Below, piece by piece: positions 9,707 through 18,853 of a stretch of DNA of 64,000 nt (within the stretch, counting starts at the first letter, position 1; every line of letters begins with the position of its first letter). Source of the DNA: a virus (lineage: Duplodnaviria; Caudoviricetes). The DNA lies in the IMG/VR virus record IMGVR_UViG_3300034062_006701; one strand, given 5' to 3'. Both the position numbers and the translations under genes were made by a program. The notes under the pieces are model-generated. The model was not told the origin of the DNA. It ran no database searches and was given only the letters and a program-made list of their open reading frames with translations.

Positions 9707-10253
9707 AATCTTTAAAAAATTGATACCACATAATACTACCTAGTGAGTGTAGCTGTGTAATGACATCCTCCTCTGTTAAACCTCTAATGTTTATAGCATG
9801 TGACGCTATAATCTCACCTTCATCAACAGCAGGTATGACTTTATGAATAACAACACCAGCTGTATTATAGCCAGCTTTAACTGCACGAAGTTGAGGATCC
9901 TTGCCCTTGAGATCTGGATACTCAGTAATAAGACCGGGATGTAAATTATAAATGTGTTTATATTTTTTACAGATATCCTTCGGTATAATTCTTAGATACC
10001 CGTGAAGAGTTATGAGTGGATCTTTGAACGGTTTAAGTACCTTCTTATAGTCTTTCGATTCAGGATTTTTAGGTAAGGTAATCCAATTAAGATTTCCTTT
10101 ATCTTTCTCCTGTTTAAGAACAGGGTTTATTCCATCGTCAGTCTGACGGTTAGTAATAATGGCGGCAGGGATTTTACCGGTATGGTAAATTATATTGTTT
10201 AATTCCGTACCGCTCTGACTAAAAAATGCTATCCAATTTTCGTCTACCTGCAT
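9675..10253 (-). CDS. PurN-like formyltransferase (DpdN candidate)
   Basis: FSQSGT (PurN SGxGS-like), L.GYLRII, NLHPGL (N.HP catalytic motif), GV.IHKV..AVDEG.II. Confidence 0.85.
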   Translation of the reverse strand: MQVDENWIAFFSQSGTELNNIIYHTGKIPAAIITNRQTDDGINPVLKQEKDKGNLNWITLPKNPESKDYKKVLKPFKDPLITLHGYLRIIPKDICKKYKHIYNLHPGLITEYPDLKGKDPQLRAVKAGYNTAGVVIHKVIPAVDEGEIIASHAINIRGLTEEDVITQLHSLGSIMWYQFFKDYEHRRNSKSN

Positions 10254-11056
10254 AGTATCTTCTTAAACATTTTAACATTATATTCCAGAATATCCATCTC
10301 TTCTTCTGTTACATTATGATCAATAAGATCTGCTAGCTTTGTGGATGGCTTTATTGGTAGGCCATATTCAGCATCGTACCGTAAACCATGTAATGCTGCG
10401 ACGATAGGGTTACTAGTATCGCAACTCACAATATTGTAAATGTTACGGTTAACATAATAATTAAATTCTCTCGCCAACGAACAGCCGAGTAAGTGATGTG
10501 GTTTATTCCAGTTCCAAACACCTTTATCAATAAGCTGGTCGATAAAACGCTGCCTACCAGAGCACCACTTTTCGAGTTTCGTTCTACCCTCACCTGTTAT
10601 TTCATAATATGAAAAGTCAAAGCTAATAGCAATCATATCTGCATTATCCGACATAAACTTGTAACAGTCAATTAACTCCTGCCATGTCTTACCTTGTACA
10701 GCTCCGATAGCTCTCGTTACAAACTCACCTTTAATTTGAGTAATATTATTCTTCCAACTACTAAAGCTATCTATTGTCAGACGACTCTCTTCCAGTACAT
10801 CAGGAACAATAAACATATTCGGTTTAATATCGAGAACCGCTGCAAGAAACTTGCTACCTTCAAAAGCATGTCCGAGCTCAAAAATAGAATTATCTAGAAG
10901 AACCTCTCTATTATAGACAGTACGTGCGGTTTTATAATAATTGTAATACGCAGGATGCGTCTCTGTTAAGTGTACCAAACAGTAATCAAAATCAGAAATT
11001 AAATGTGATTTGTCTAATATACTTACAGGGCATTCGTGTGAAACTTTAATTAGCAT
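10244..11056 (-). CDS. TGT-fold 7-deazaguanine transglycosylase paralog (DpdA3-like)
   Basis: LLDNSIFELG (cf. TGT DSGGFQ), VPDVL, AVQG, HHLLG and SCDTS align with TGT catalytic positions; no C-terminal Zn motif; adjacent to queF. Confidence 0.78.
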   Translation of the reverse strand: MLIKVSHECPVSILDKSHLISDFDYCLVHLTETHPAYYNYYKTARTVYNREVLLDNSIFELGHAFEGSKFLAAVLDIKPNMFIVPDVLEESRLTIDSFSSWKNNITQIKGEFVTRAIGAVQGKTWQELIDCYKFMSDNADMIAISFDFSYYEITGEGRTKLEKWCSGRQRFIDQLIDKGVWNWNKPHHLLGCSLAREFNYYVNRNIYNIVSCDTSNPIVAALHGLRYDAEYGLPIKPSTKLADLIDHNVTEEEMDILEYNVKMFKKILCR

Positions 11057-11093
11057 AATTACATTATATATGTAAATAATAATATATCAAGAT

Positions 11094-13979
11094 ATGGCTG
11101 AGTATCCAACATATAATGGAATGTACGTGGGCATTGTCGTACAGAATAATGACCCGCAATATCGCGGTAGAGTGAAGGTATTCGTACCACACATCTCACC
11201 AACTGTTTATAAAAACTGGATAGAAAATACAAAAGATAAAGCAGCTAAAGATAGGGTGTTTAAGTTTCTTGGTGACAACATCAGCAGTGATCTTACCAAT
11301 ATAGTTGATGACCTTAAGCTTGTTTTACCATGGGCTGAAGTATCTTCTCCTGTTGCAGGAGAAGCAACAATGGGGCGATATCACGCATCATCACATCTTG
11401 CTACAACGAGTGATGGTAGCAATAGAGAGTATCTATACAACTCAACGCCTACAGCATATACACAGAATACCGATAACATATCAGAGAAACCAGGCCATAT
11501 TTTCGATATGGCGAATGTTAATTTAAGTGACGCCTTTAACAATCCTCAGCTTACAAATGTAAATAACGTAAACAAATTAAGCTATAACTATACACCAGAA
11601 TGTTATAGCAATAGTGGAAAGGGATCGTTTGCTATACCAAATGTCGGTGCTCATGTATGGGTATTTTTTAATTGCGGTGATCCTTTAAAGCCAGTAGTAT
11701 TTGGTGTATCACACGGTGCTGCGGATTGGAGTAGTATATATGATGCATCACCCGGTAACCCCGGAATGGATTATCCTGGCGAGTATGAAAATGCACCAAT
11801 TAGTTCCGAGAACATAAACGCTGAGACATATCGTAACAAATACGTTATAAATCAAAAAGGTGGTACGCTAGCTTTTGTTAATACTGATAATAGAGAGCTA
11901 CTAAAGCTCACACATTATTCCGGTTCATTTAAAGAGTTTAATAATCAAGCAAATATAGAATTAGCAGTTAACAACGATCAAAAACTCGTACTCGGTGACA
12001 CCTTTGATACCGTTAGAGGGTCACGTAATACATTTACACAAAGAGATTACGATAATGTAATCGCAGGTGATCACTATCGTAAGGTAGGAGATTTGAACGT
12101 CTCTTTATACAAGCAATGGAAGTCCATTATGGATCCTATTGCTGACATAAAGCAGCTTTTCGATATACGTAGAACGTATGGTGTACATGAAAGTGTTACA
12201 TCATATTTAAAGCTTAATAGCAGCCAACAAATACAGAGTGGTTCGTTTGATCTCTGTCCGGTCTGCGCTGGCGGGCAAACAAATCTTGCGATTAACGATT
12301 CATTTGCTCCGGGATATAGAGCTTGGGCAAATGTCGCACAAGCACAGGTTCAGGGAGGTAACACCGTTGGAAAGAAAAACATTTTCGGTACACCGCAGTG
12401 GGGTGTTGGTGCTGTTGAAGGTGCTGGGAGTGGATTCATCGGTAGCTTTATAACCGGTATCATTCAAAACTTTCTACCAAGTCAAATTGCAGCTATTACA
12501 TCAAATTTTCCGCTCGTAGGCAGCGATGGTTCTACATTACAAAATGCACCCGGTTCTCCTCTCGGTAGCAAATGCCCGTGCTGTGGTGGTACAGGTCTGA
12601 GTCCAAGCTCATTTAACGGTGTATGGTCACCGGAGACAAAGAAGCTAATTGATCTACCTCGTAAGATGCTTGATGCAATACCAGAGTTAGCAAAAGTTGA
12701 AGCACAAATGGGACTTGGCGGATCAGAGATTATTGAAATTACAAAGCACAAGATTGAAACCATTGGTACGGTAATGAATGACTGGGGAGCGATAAGAATC
12801 GATCCGAAGGGTAAAATTGAACCTTCATATGTGCAGATACAGCCTGGTGGTACATTGGTTGCTAGGACACCGACACCACTAATCGAGCAAGTACAGATTG
12901 ACGATCTACCAGGTGGTACTTATACACTCAATGTATGTAATAGATATAATGTACTCGTTGGCGCCGGTGGATTGAATCTCAAATCATATGGTGTTGTAAA
13001 TCTTACAGGAGCACTTACAAATATAGCCGGTGAGCAGGTAAATATTGGTAGTGCTAATGAAGTCAATATTGACGGTGGTAAGCGATTATCACTCGTTGGT
13101 GACGTTGTACATATAAAGCAGCGTAATAACGAGCAGGTACTTCTCGACGGTGATGTTGGTATTTCAGGTAACCTGATTGTTAAGGGCGGTGTATATATTG
13201 AGCACAAGCTCGCTGCACATGGTACCGATGTACCGCAAAGAAAGAGAGAGAATGACCCTACTACTGTTTCTGGAGGACCGGTCTCGGAAATGTGTAACGG
13301 TGTCTCCATACCGATGGATGTGGGTGGTAAGGTAAGTAACCCAAAAACAAGAGAGCTCAAGCCCGGTGGTGGTACATTCTTATATATGGGTTATACTGAT
13401 CCCGGTAAGAAAGTGGGTTGGGTTCCTCCTGATGATGGTAACAAGATTGGTAAGATAAAATCTGGCACTGCGCTTAATATTAGTAATGTTTCAGGTCTAA
13501 AGGTAGCTACCGGTGATGCTGGCATACAGGATGTCTACGTCGTTGGGACAGCTACGATAACACTAGCTGCGGATGTAGATGTATATTCAACAGGCTTTGC
13601 GGTAGAGGGAACAGGCCCATCAGGTAATGGCGGGTCACCAGCGTCAACTAACCAAGTTGAAACAACCAAACCGTCGAACGTGTTATCTCTTCGCGGTCTA
13701 CCGAGTAGTGAAGTTCAAAAGCTTGTTACCGCTGCTAAGGTACCGAATAGCGGTGGCGCTTCTCTATTCCCTGTTATGAACGTAGGTACCGGTGCACATG
13801 TTGACTCTATAGTAATGGCACCTCACACCCACAGCTTTGATGAAGGTGAAGTAGGCTCTCACATGGCAGTTCGACAGTCATTTATTAGTTCAGGCGGTCT
13901 AGCTTTAGGCGACGAGACTCACTTCGGGGATATTAAGACAGCTCCGTTAATTGAGCTTGCAAAGGGACAACTAACATAA
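11094..13979 (+). CDS. gp5: T4 gp5-like baseplate hub / spike protein, no recognisable lysozyme domain
   Basis: N-terminal OB fold (Y.GIVVQNNDP..RGRVKV.VP; FAIP.VG.HVWVFF..GD...PV.FG), H.SGSF.E, beta-helix-like repeats, C-terminal H.H (PHTHSF). Confidence 0.75.
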   Translation: MAEYPTYNGMYVGIVVQNNDPQYRGRVKVFVPHISPTVYKNWIENTKDKAAKDRVFKFLGDNISSDLTNIVDDLKLVLPWAEVSSPVAGEATMGRYHASSHLATTSDGSNREYLYNSTPTAYTQNTDNISEKPGHIFDMANVNLSDAFNNPQLTNVNNVNKLSYNYTPECYSNSGKGSFAIPNVGAHVWVFFNCGDPLKPVVFGVSHGAADWSSIYDASPGNPGMDYPGEYENAPISSENINAETYRNKYVINQKGGTLAFVNTDNRELLKLTHYSGSFKEFNNQANIELAVNNDQKLVLGDTFDTVRGSRNTFTQRDYDNVIAGDHYRKVGDLNVSLYKQWKSIMDPIADIKQLFDIRRTYGVHESVTSYLKLNSSQQIQSGSFDLCPVCAGGQTNLAINDSFAPGYRAWANVAQAQVQGGNTVGKKNIFGTPQWGVGAVEGAGSGFIGSFITGIIQNFLPSQIAAITSNFPLVGSDGSTLQNAPGSPLGSKCPCCGGTGLSPSSFNGVWSPETKKLIDLPRKMLDAIPELAKVEAQMGLGGSEIIEITKHKIETIGTVMNDWGAIRIDPKGKIEPSYVQIQPGGTLVARTPTPLIEQVQIDDLPGGTYTLNVCNRYNVLVGAGGLNLKSYGVVNLTGALTNIAGEQVNIGSANEVNIDGGKRLSLVGDVVHIKQRNNEQVLLDGDVGISGNLIVKGGVYIEHKLAAHGTDVPQRKRENDPTTVSGGPVSEMCNGVSIPMDVGGKVSNPKTRELKPGGGTFLYMGYTDPGKKVGWVPPDDGNKIGKIKSGTALNISNVSGLKVATGDAGIQDVYVVGTATITLAADVDVYSTGFAVEGTGPSGNGGSPASTNQVETTKPSNVLSLRGLPSSEVQKLVTAAKVPNSGGASLFPVMNVGTGAHVDSIVMAPHTHSFDEGEVGSHMAVRQSFISSGGLALGDETHFGDIKTAPLIELAKGQLT

Positions 13980-14159
13980 GCGCTTGTTAGCTTTTTGAAT
14001 TAACCAATCGAGGAAAGCACGCTCATAACCAACATCATAACCTGCTTTTTCTGACATATACCATTTATTGCGTAATATATGCTCTCTCTCCTCAGCGTAC
14101 TTCTTATATAAGAGTGTATTTTCTATAGAAAAAGACGAAACAGATGTAGTTTTAGTCAC
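13971..14159 (-). CDS. Small DUF4032-like protein
   Basis: EER.HIL..KWYMSEKAG.DVG.ERA..DW pattern, recalled from small bacterial proteins. Confidence 0.55.
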   Translation of the reverse strand: MTKTTSVSSFSIENTLLYKKYAEEREHILRNKWYMSEKAGYDVGYERAFLDWLIQKANKRLC

Positions 14160-14167
14160 TCAAGTAT

Positions 14168-14740
14168 TTATAGCTTCTCAGCGTTATTAAAAAATTGCTT
14201 AATCTCTTTCTTATTAAAGACATTTGTATTTGTTAAAATGAATATAGTAAAGCTACCGAACGCCTGAAACACTGGTATCTTACTTGTATTAAAAGCACTG
14301 TACAATTCGTCAATAGAGAGACTAATGTCTGATATTTTAGAAAGGTGCTTAATATCAATAGGATAAACACCTTGTTGTAAGAGACCGAAACACTCCTCAC
14401 ACGTCAGATTATACTTTTTGAGTGTGTTTATATATACCTTAGGTAATGTATCGGTATCTAAAATTAGATTCAATTTACCGATATCATCTAAAAAATCTTT
14501 TAATGTAGATAGTACCTCTAATTCAATACCTCTAAAAAACACCGGTGCAATTCTATCTACTGGTAACAAGTGAATATAATCTTTAACTTTGAATGTCTGC
14601 TTTAATTTAAGTCTTTGTTGATCGTAATTATTTTTTAGTTGAAACCCGAGTAGACAAAAAGGATATGACTTAGGTTCAATTAAACTAAAATCATCGAAGA
14701 CAACTGGGTCTTGTGCACTATCTGTATTTACTAGAGTCAT
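14168..14740 (-). CDS. Hypothetical protein
   Basis: 190-aa ORF, no family recognised. Confidence 0.55.
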   Translation of the reverse strand: MTLVNTDSAQDPVVFDDFSLIEPKSYPFCLLGFQLKNNYDQQRLKLKQTFKVKDYIHLLPVDRIAPVFFRGIELEVLSTLKDFLDDIGKLNLILDTDTLPKVYINTLKKYNLTCEECFGLLQQGVYPIDIKHLSKISDISLSIDELYSAFNTSKIPVFQAFGSFTIFILTNTNVFNKKEIKQFFNNAEKL

Positions 14741-14780
14741 GACATGATTATATCATGTCAATAACTAAATTCTACTAGTT

Positions 14781-15173
14781 TTAATGGCCGGTGAGTTTTA
14801 GAAAATGGCTAATGAAAAGAGCACCAAATGTTGTTACCGTTGCTATCGCAGCTGTTGTTACGCTAGTCTTGAATTGATATTTACCCGATGCATGTGTTTT
14901 CTTCGCTTCGAATTCATTAGTTATCTGATATGAAATATGGCTAAATCGCTCATTAACAACATCTGTAATACGATCAAATTTAAGTCCCATCTCTGTATCC
15001 ATCGCCTTAAAGCTCGAATCTAACTTCTCCTCCAAAGAGTCTAGTCTATGCTCGATACTTGTAATCTGATTAACAATTGACGGTTTACCGTTACCTTGAT
15101 ATACTGTTTTATACAAATGATCCATTTCGGATCTCAATTTTGTAATGTCTGAATTTCTGACTGCTTGTGACAT
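14781..15173 (-). CDS. Coiled-coil protein with C-terminal transmembrane segment
   Basis: Coiled coil followed by hydrophobic AAIATVTTFGALFISHF. Confidence 0.6.
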   Translation of the reverse strand: MSQAVRNSDITKLRSEMDHLYKTVYQGNGKPSIVNQITSIEHRLDSLEEKLDSSFKAMDTEMGLKFDRITDVVNERFSHISYQITNEFEAKKTHASGKYQFKTSVTTAAIATVTTFGALFISHFLKLTGH

Positions 15174-15194
15174 AATATATATGTTTATATTTAG

Positions 15195-15428
15195 TTAACT
15201 AACCTGAAATGAATACGAAAGAATACCGCGTGGTAGTGTATACACCTTCCCTTGCATTTTTCCTTGTTTAGTTTTAACAACAACCGTTAGTTTGTCTTGT
15301 GTAATTACCGGTCCGTTTACAATTTCTACGTCACCGAGATTAATTTTATAGCTTATTACGCCTTTTTCTGTATCAAAAACTGATAACGTTGATTTACCGG
15401 AAATAACTGCAGAATACAACTTTGACAT
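15195..15428 (-). CDS. Hypothetical small protein (likely start MSKLYS)
   Basis: ORF track 15195..15461; internal ATG preferred. Confidence 0.5.
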   Translation of the reverse strand: MSKLYSAVISGKSTLSVFDTEKGVISYKINLGDVEIVNGPVITQDKLTVVVKTKQGKMQGKVYTLPRGILSYSFQVS

Positions 15429-15487
15429 AATAGTATTTAATGTGCATGGTAATTTAAACAAATATGATAAATAATTTCGTATAGATT

Positions 15488-17566
15488 ATGCCTAATAATA
15501 TTACAAAAATCCTCATACGTAGAGGCACTAATGAACAGAGAAAACTAGTTGTTTTTAATGTCGGTGAACCTGCTTATACAACTGATACACAGCGGTTGTA
15601 TATAGGTGATGGAGCTACCGTAGGTGGTATACCTCTAGGTGTAGAAAATTTCGGTATCATACCTGCTCTTACAGGTACATATCAAGGTAGCGGATTGAGC
15701 GAATATGCATACTCAACATTTGCTTTAAGTAGCATTGCTGTTGGTGATATTGTATATGATAATCAAACAACATCTCTATATACTGTCACCGGTACTAGTG
15801 ATACACCTGCACTTTCAAATTTCGCACAACTAAAGGCTGTTACACAAATTAATAGCAGCCAATTTGCCTATAACGGAACAGTCTTAAATATTAAACCAAG
15901 CGGTATAGGTGCAAACGAAATAAATTCATCTGCTCTTGGTTATGGGTTAAGCGGTGGTAGCGGTAATGCTATTACTATTAGTACAGGGTCTTTAACAAAT
16001 AATCTTTTGATTCCTGTACCATCTAATAGTGTTAAAATAAACAACACCAATAACATTATATCACCTATCGACCTACAGGTAGGTGCTGGTGAGTTATTAG
16101 GTCGTACAAGGGTACCGGGGTCTCAACTTGGTGGTATATCACTTTCTGCTACAGATGGTATATTGCTAAGCGCTAGTACAACCGGTATTGTTCTGAGTGC
16201 AAGAACCTGTCTACCGCTAGACGGAGGTACAATGAGAGGTAATCTAAGCGGTGGATCTGCTTATATTATATCAAGTCTTACACCCACTCATCCTAACCAT
16301 CTTGTCAACAAAACATATGTTGACGCAATTTCTGCAGCAACAAATAATGATGCAGTTTATAGTTTCGTACAAACAAATTTCTTACCCTTAACAGGCGGTA
16401 CACTAACAGGTCGTCTTAATATTACATCAGGTGGGATGAGTGTTGGTACAAACCCAATATCAGCAACATACCTACCAAGTACTACAGCGGAGTTAGTAAA
16501 TAAATTTTATGCTGATCGCTTTGGTACCGGCAATGCTGCAAATTCAGGTAACGGTATTGGTATCTTTGCGTACAAATCAGAACCAATAGGTGCACCTGGT
16601 ACCTTATTTTTTAAGTCATTAAGTGCTGGTAGAAATATAAGCATTGTCGAGAGCACTGGCACTATTACTATTTCCAGTGCTTCACCTAACTTTACACCGG
16701 TTTATACAAGGTTAATAGGTGACGGTGCTACTGTAAATTATCTTCTTAACGGTGGTACATCAACTAACGCAGCTGCATATCGTGTTGATCTTGACGGTGT
16801 CGTACAAGAGCCAGTAGTTGATTATACAATAACTGTAACGGGTGGTATTGCTAGAATTATTTTTGCACAAGCACCGTATTTAAACGCTAAAATAGTTGTC
16901 GTTTCATATACAACAACAGACGGTCAGAGTACACTTGTTGTCCCGACAACAGCAAGTCTTCAGACAGTAAACTCATCTACTCTCAATCTCAACTTTAACG
17001 CTACTACAGCAACGTTAAGCGGTACAACAAATTTTAATGTTGTTAATTCACCAACCGTTAATCTTAGTTATAACGCTACTACGGCAACGTTAAGTGCTAT
17101 AACAACAATTGATATTAATACAGCTGTCCCTATTGGGACTGTTATAGCTGTAGCTATGAATTCAGTACCACCGGGCAGATGGTTAGCCTGTAATGGTGCT
17201 ACAGTAAGTAGAACGTTCTACAATGAATTATTTACGCAGATAAGTACAACGTATAACACCGGTGGTGAGGCTGGTGGCGACTTTAGATTACCTGATCTTC
17301 GCGGGTATTTTGTTCGCGGAGCTGGTACAAATTTAGATGGTACAGCGTCAGGTGCATTTGGTGTAAAGCAGGCCGATACATTCAAAGATCACACTCACGA
17401 TTACACCAATCTCTCCGTCGTGGACGCCGGAAACGACTCACCTGATGGTAACGGAAAAAGATGGCCCACTGTAAATTCAACCACGTTAGGTGCCAACCCC
17501 CCCAACAACGGAGGGACCGAAACTCGCCCTCGCAACATCGCAATGCTATATTGCATTAAATATTAA
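15488..17566 (+). CDS. Tail fibre protein (Mtd-N-like N-terminus, C-terminal tail-collar domain)
   Basis: KILIRRGT...GEPAYTTDT.RLYIGDG; VNK.YVD repeats; PIGTVIA..M..VP...WLACNG..VSRT.Y.ELF, F.LPDLRG.F.RG, ETRPRNIA..YCIKY. Confidence 0.88.
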   Translation: MPNNITKILIRRGTNEQRKLVVFNVGEPAYTTDTQRLYIGDGATVGGIPLGVENFGIIPALTGTYQGSGLSEYAYSTFALSSIAVGDIVYDNQTTSLYTVTGTSDTPALSNFAQLKAVTQINSSQFAYNGTVLNIKPSGIGANEINSSALGYGLSGGSGNAITISTGSLTNNLLIPVPSNSVKINNTNNIISPIDLQVGAGELLGRTRVPGSQLGGISLSATDGILLSASTTGIVLSARTCLPLDGGTMRGNLSGGSAYIISSLTPTHPNHLVNKTYVDAISAATNNDAVYSFVQTNFLPLTGGTLTGRLNITSGGMSVGTNPISATYLPSTTAELVNKFYADRFGTGNAANSGNGIGIFAYKSEPIGAPGTLFFKSLSAGRNISIVESTGTITISSASPNFTPVYTRLIGDGATVNYLLNGGTSTNAAAYRVDLDGVVQEPVVDYTITVTGGIARIIFAQAPYLNAKIVVVSYTTTDGQSTLVVPTTASLQTVNSSTLNLNFNATTATLSGTTNFNVVNSPTVNLSYNATTATLSAITTIDINTAVPIGTVIAVAMNSVPPGRWLACNGATVSRTFYNELFTQISTTYNTGGEAGGDFRLPDLRGYFVRGAGTNLDGTASGAFGVKQADTFKDHTHDYTNLSVVDAGNDSPDGNGKRWPTVNSTTLGANPPNNGGTETRPRNIAMLYCIKY

Positions 17567-17572
17567 TATCGT

Positions 17573-18247
17573 ATGCCTAATCCAACAAAAATTGTAAATC
17601 AAAGCATAGTATTAGCAAATCTACCTGTTAGTCCAACAGATGCTGCTAATAAGCAATATGTTGATAACAGATATAATGACGCAATTACTAACGCTGGTAA
17701 CCCCGGTATCATTGGCTATTTTGCTACCGATTCAGCTCCTACAGGATGGATAAAGGCTAATGGTGCTGTATTGCCGATTGCAAGTTATCAAGCATTATTT
17801 GATGTATTACCTAAGCAAGGTAATGGTAATACAATATGGTGGCAACCAGGTGATGGTCCGTTAAATTTCCGTATACCTGATCTTCGCGGTGTATTTCCAA
17901 GAGGCTGGGATGATGGTAGAGGTGTTGATTCTGGGAGAGGGTTTGGTACAGATCAAGCTAGTATGCTTGCTGCGCACACTCACCCTAACACAGTTTCAGC
18001 AAATACAACTATCGGAGTAGCGCCAAATAATGGTACATACAGGCAAGTATTTGCATCAGTAACCCGTACTGGTGGTGATGCTATTAATGGTATGGCTGTT
18101 GGTACTAATTTTAGTGATGGTCCTGCAAGCTCTATTACAAGAGCGAATCTTGCTGCATCTACATCAATCGGTATTAGCAATGCCCCTACAGGTGGTACGG
18201 AAACACGACCGGTAAACCTCTCCTTACTTGCATGTATTAAGTTTTAG
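17573..18247 (+). CDS. Short tail-collar domain protein
   Basis: PG.I.YFA...AP.GW.KANGA, F.IPDLRG.F.RGWD.GRGVD.GR.FG..Q, ETRP.NL.LLACIKF. Confidence 0.88.
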   Translation: MPNPTKIVNQSIVLANLPVSPTDAANKQYVDNRYNDAITNAGNPGIIGYFATDSAPTGWIKANGAVLPIASYQALFDVLPKQGNGNTIWWQPGDGPLNFRIPDLRGVFPRGWDDGRGVDSGRGFGTDQASMLAAHTHPNTVSANTTIGVAPNNGTYRQVFASVTRTGGDAINGMAVGTNFSDGPASSITRANLAASTSIGISNAPTGGTETRPVNLSLLACIKF

Positions 18248-18261
18248 ACATATATACTCTT

Positions 18262-18615
18262 ATGAACGTATATAACTATCACCCGGTTACAAAGGTCTTT
18301 CTATCACAAGAAACTGCTGACCCTGATCCCTTGACACCAGGTAACTGGTTAATACCAGCTCAATCTACCGCAATTGAACCACCTACTGCAGGTGAGAATG
18401 AGGTTGTTGTTTTTAATGAAGAGGAAAAGATATGGGAGACAGTTTTTGTAAAACCATATGAACCGTCATATGTAGAGCTCCGTGCGGCTGAATACCCTTC
18501 TATCTTTGAGTATATTGATGGTGTAGTAAAAGGTGACCAGGAACAAATTAATAAGTATATAAAAGACTGCTTAGCAGTAAAAGAAAAATATCCAAGACCT
18601 TCTAATGAAGTTTAA
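18262..18615 (+). CDS. Tail fibre assembly chaperone-like protein
   Basis: YNYHP.T..F...E.A..DP..PG..LIPA.ST...PP and R.AEYP...E..D......K...PRP; follows collar genes. Confidence 0.75.
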   Translation: MNVYNYHPVTKVFLSQETADPDPLTPGNWLIPAQSTAIEPPTAGENEVVVFNEEEKIWETVFVKPYEPSYVELRAAEYPSIFEYIDGVVKGDQEQINKYIKDCLAVKEKYPRPSNEV

Positions 18616-18853
18616 TCTCTTATATAATTCTCTCTTAGAGGGTTTTAATATACCGCCCTTATATCAAAATGCCGTACAGAGTGGTCCGGATGCAGGTATA
18701 ACATCTGGTGATATAAACAATACGTTTCCAAGTAAAATAAGTAACGTAAATATTAAGTTACCAAAATTTAAAAACAAAAAGACTAAACAGCTTCCCAAGG
18801 AAAAGTCAGCCAAGTATCGTCAGGGTACTCATGAACGTGGTAATCAGGTTTAA
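18605..18853 (+). CDS. Small protein of the MKF-motif family
   Basis: Begins MKFNLLYNSLLE; motif shared with other ORFs in the window. Confidence 0.55.
   Translation: MKFNLLYNSLLEGFNIPPLYQNAVQSGPDAGITSGDINNTFPSKISNVNIKLPKFKNKKTKQLPKEKSAKYRQGTHERGNQV

Noticed and set aside
5686-13979. Intron or intein in gp23, QueF or gp5
   Set aside because: ORFs are uninterrupted, and no intein C/S...HN-C/S/T or LAGLIDADG motifs were seen.
15488-18247. Diversity-generating retroelement targeting the Mtd-like fibre
   Set aside because: No reverse transcriptase and no template/variable repeat pair differing at adenines was seen in the window.
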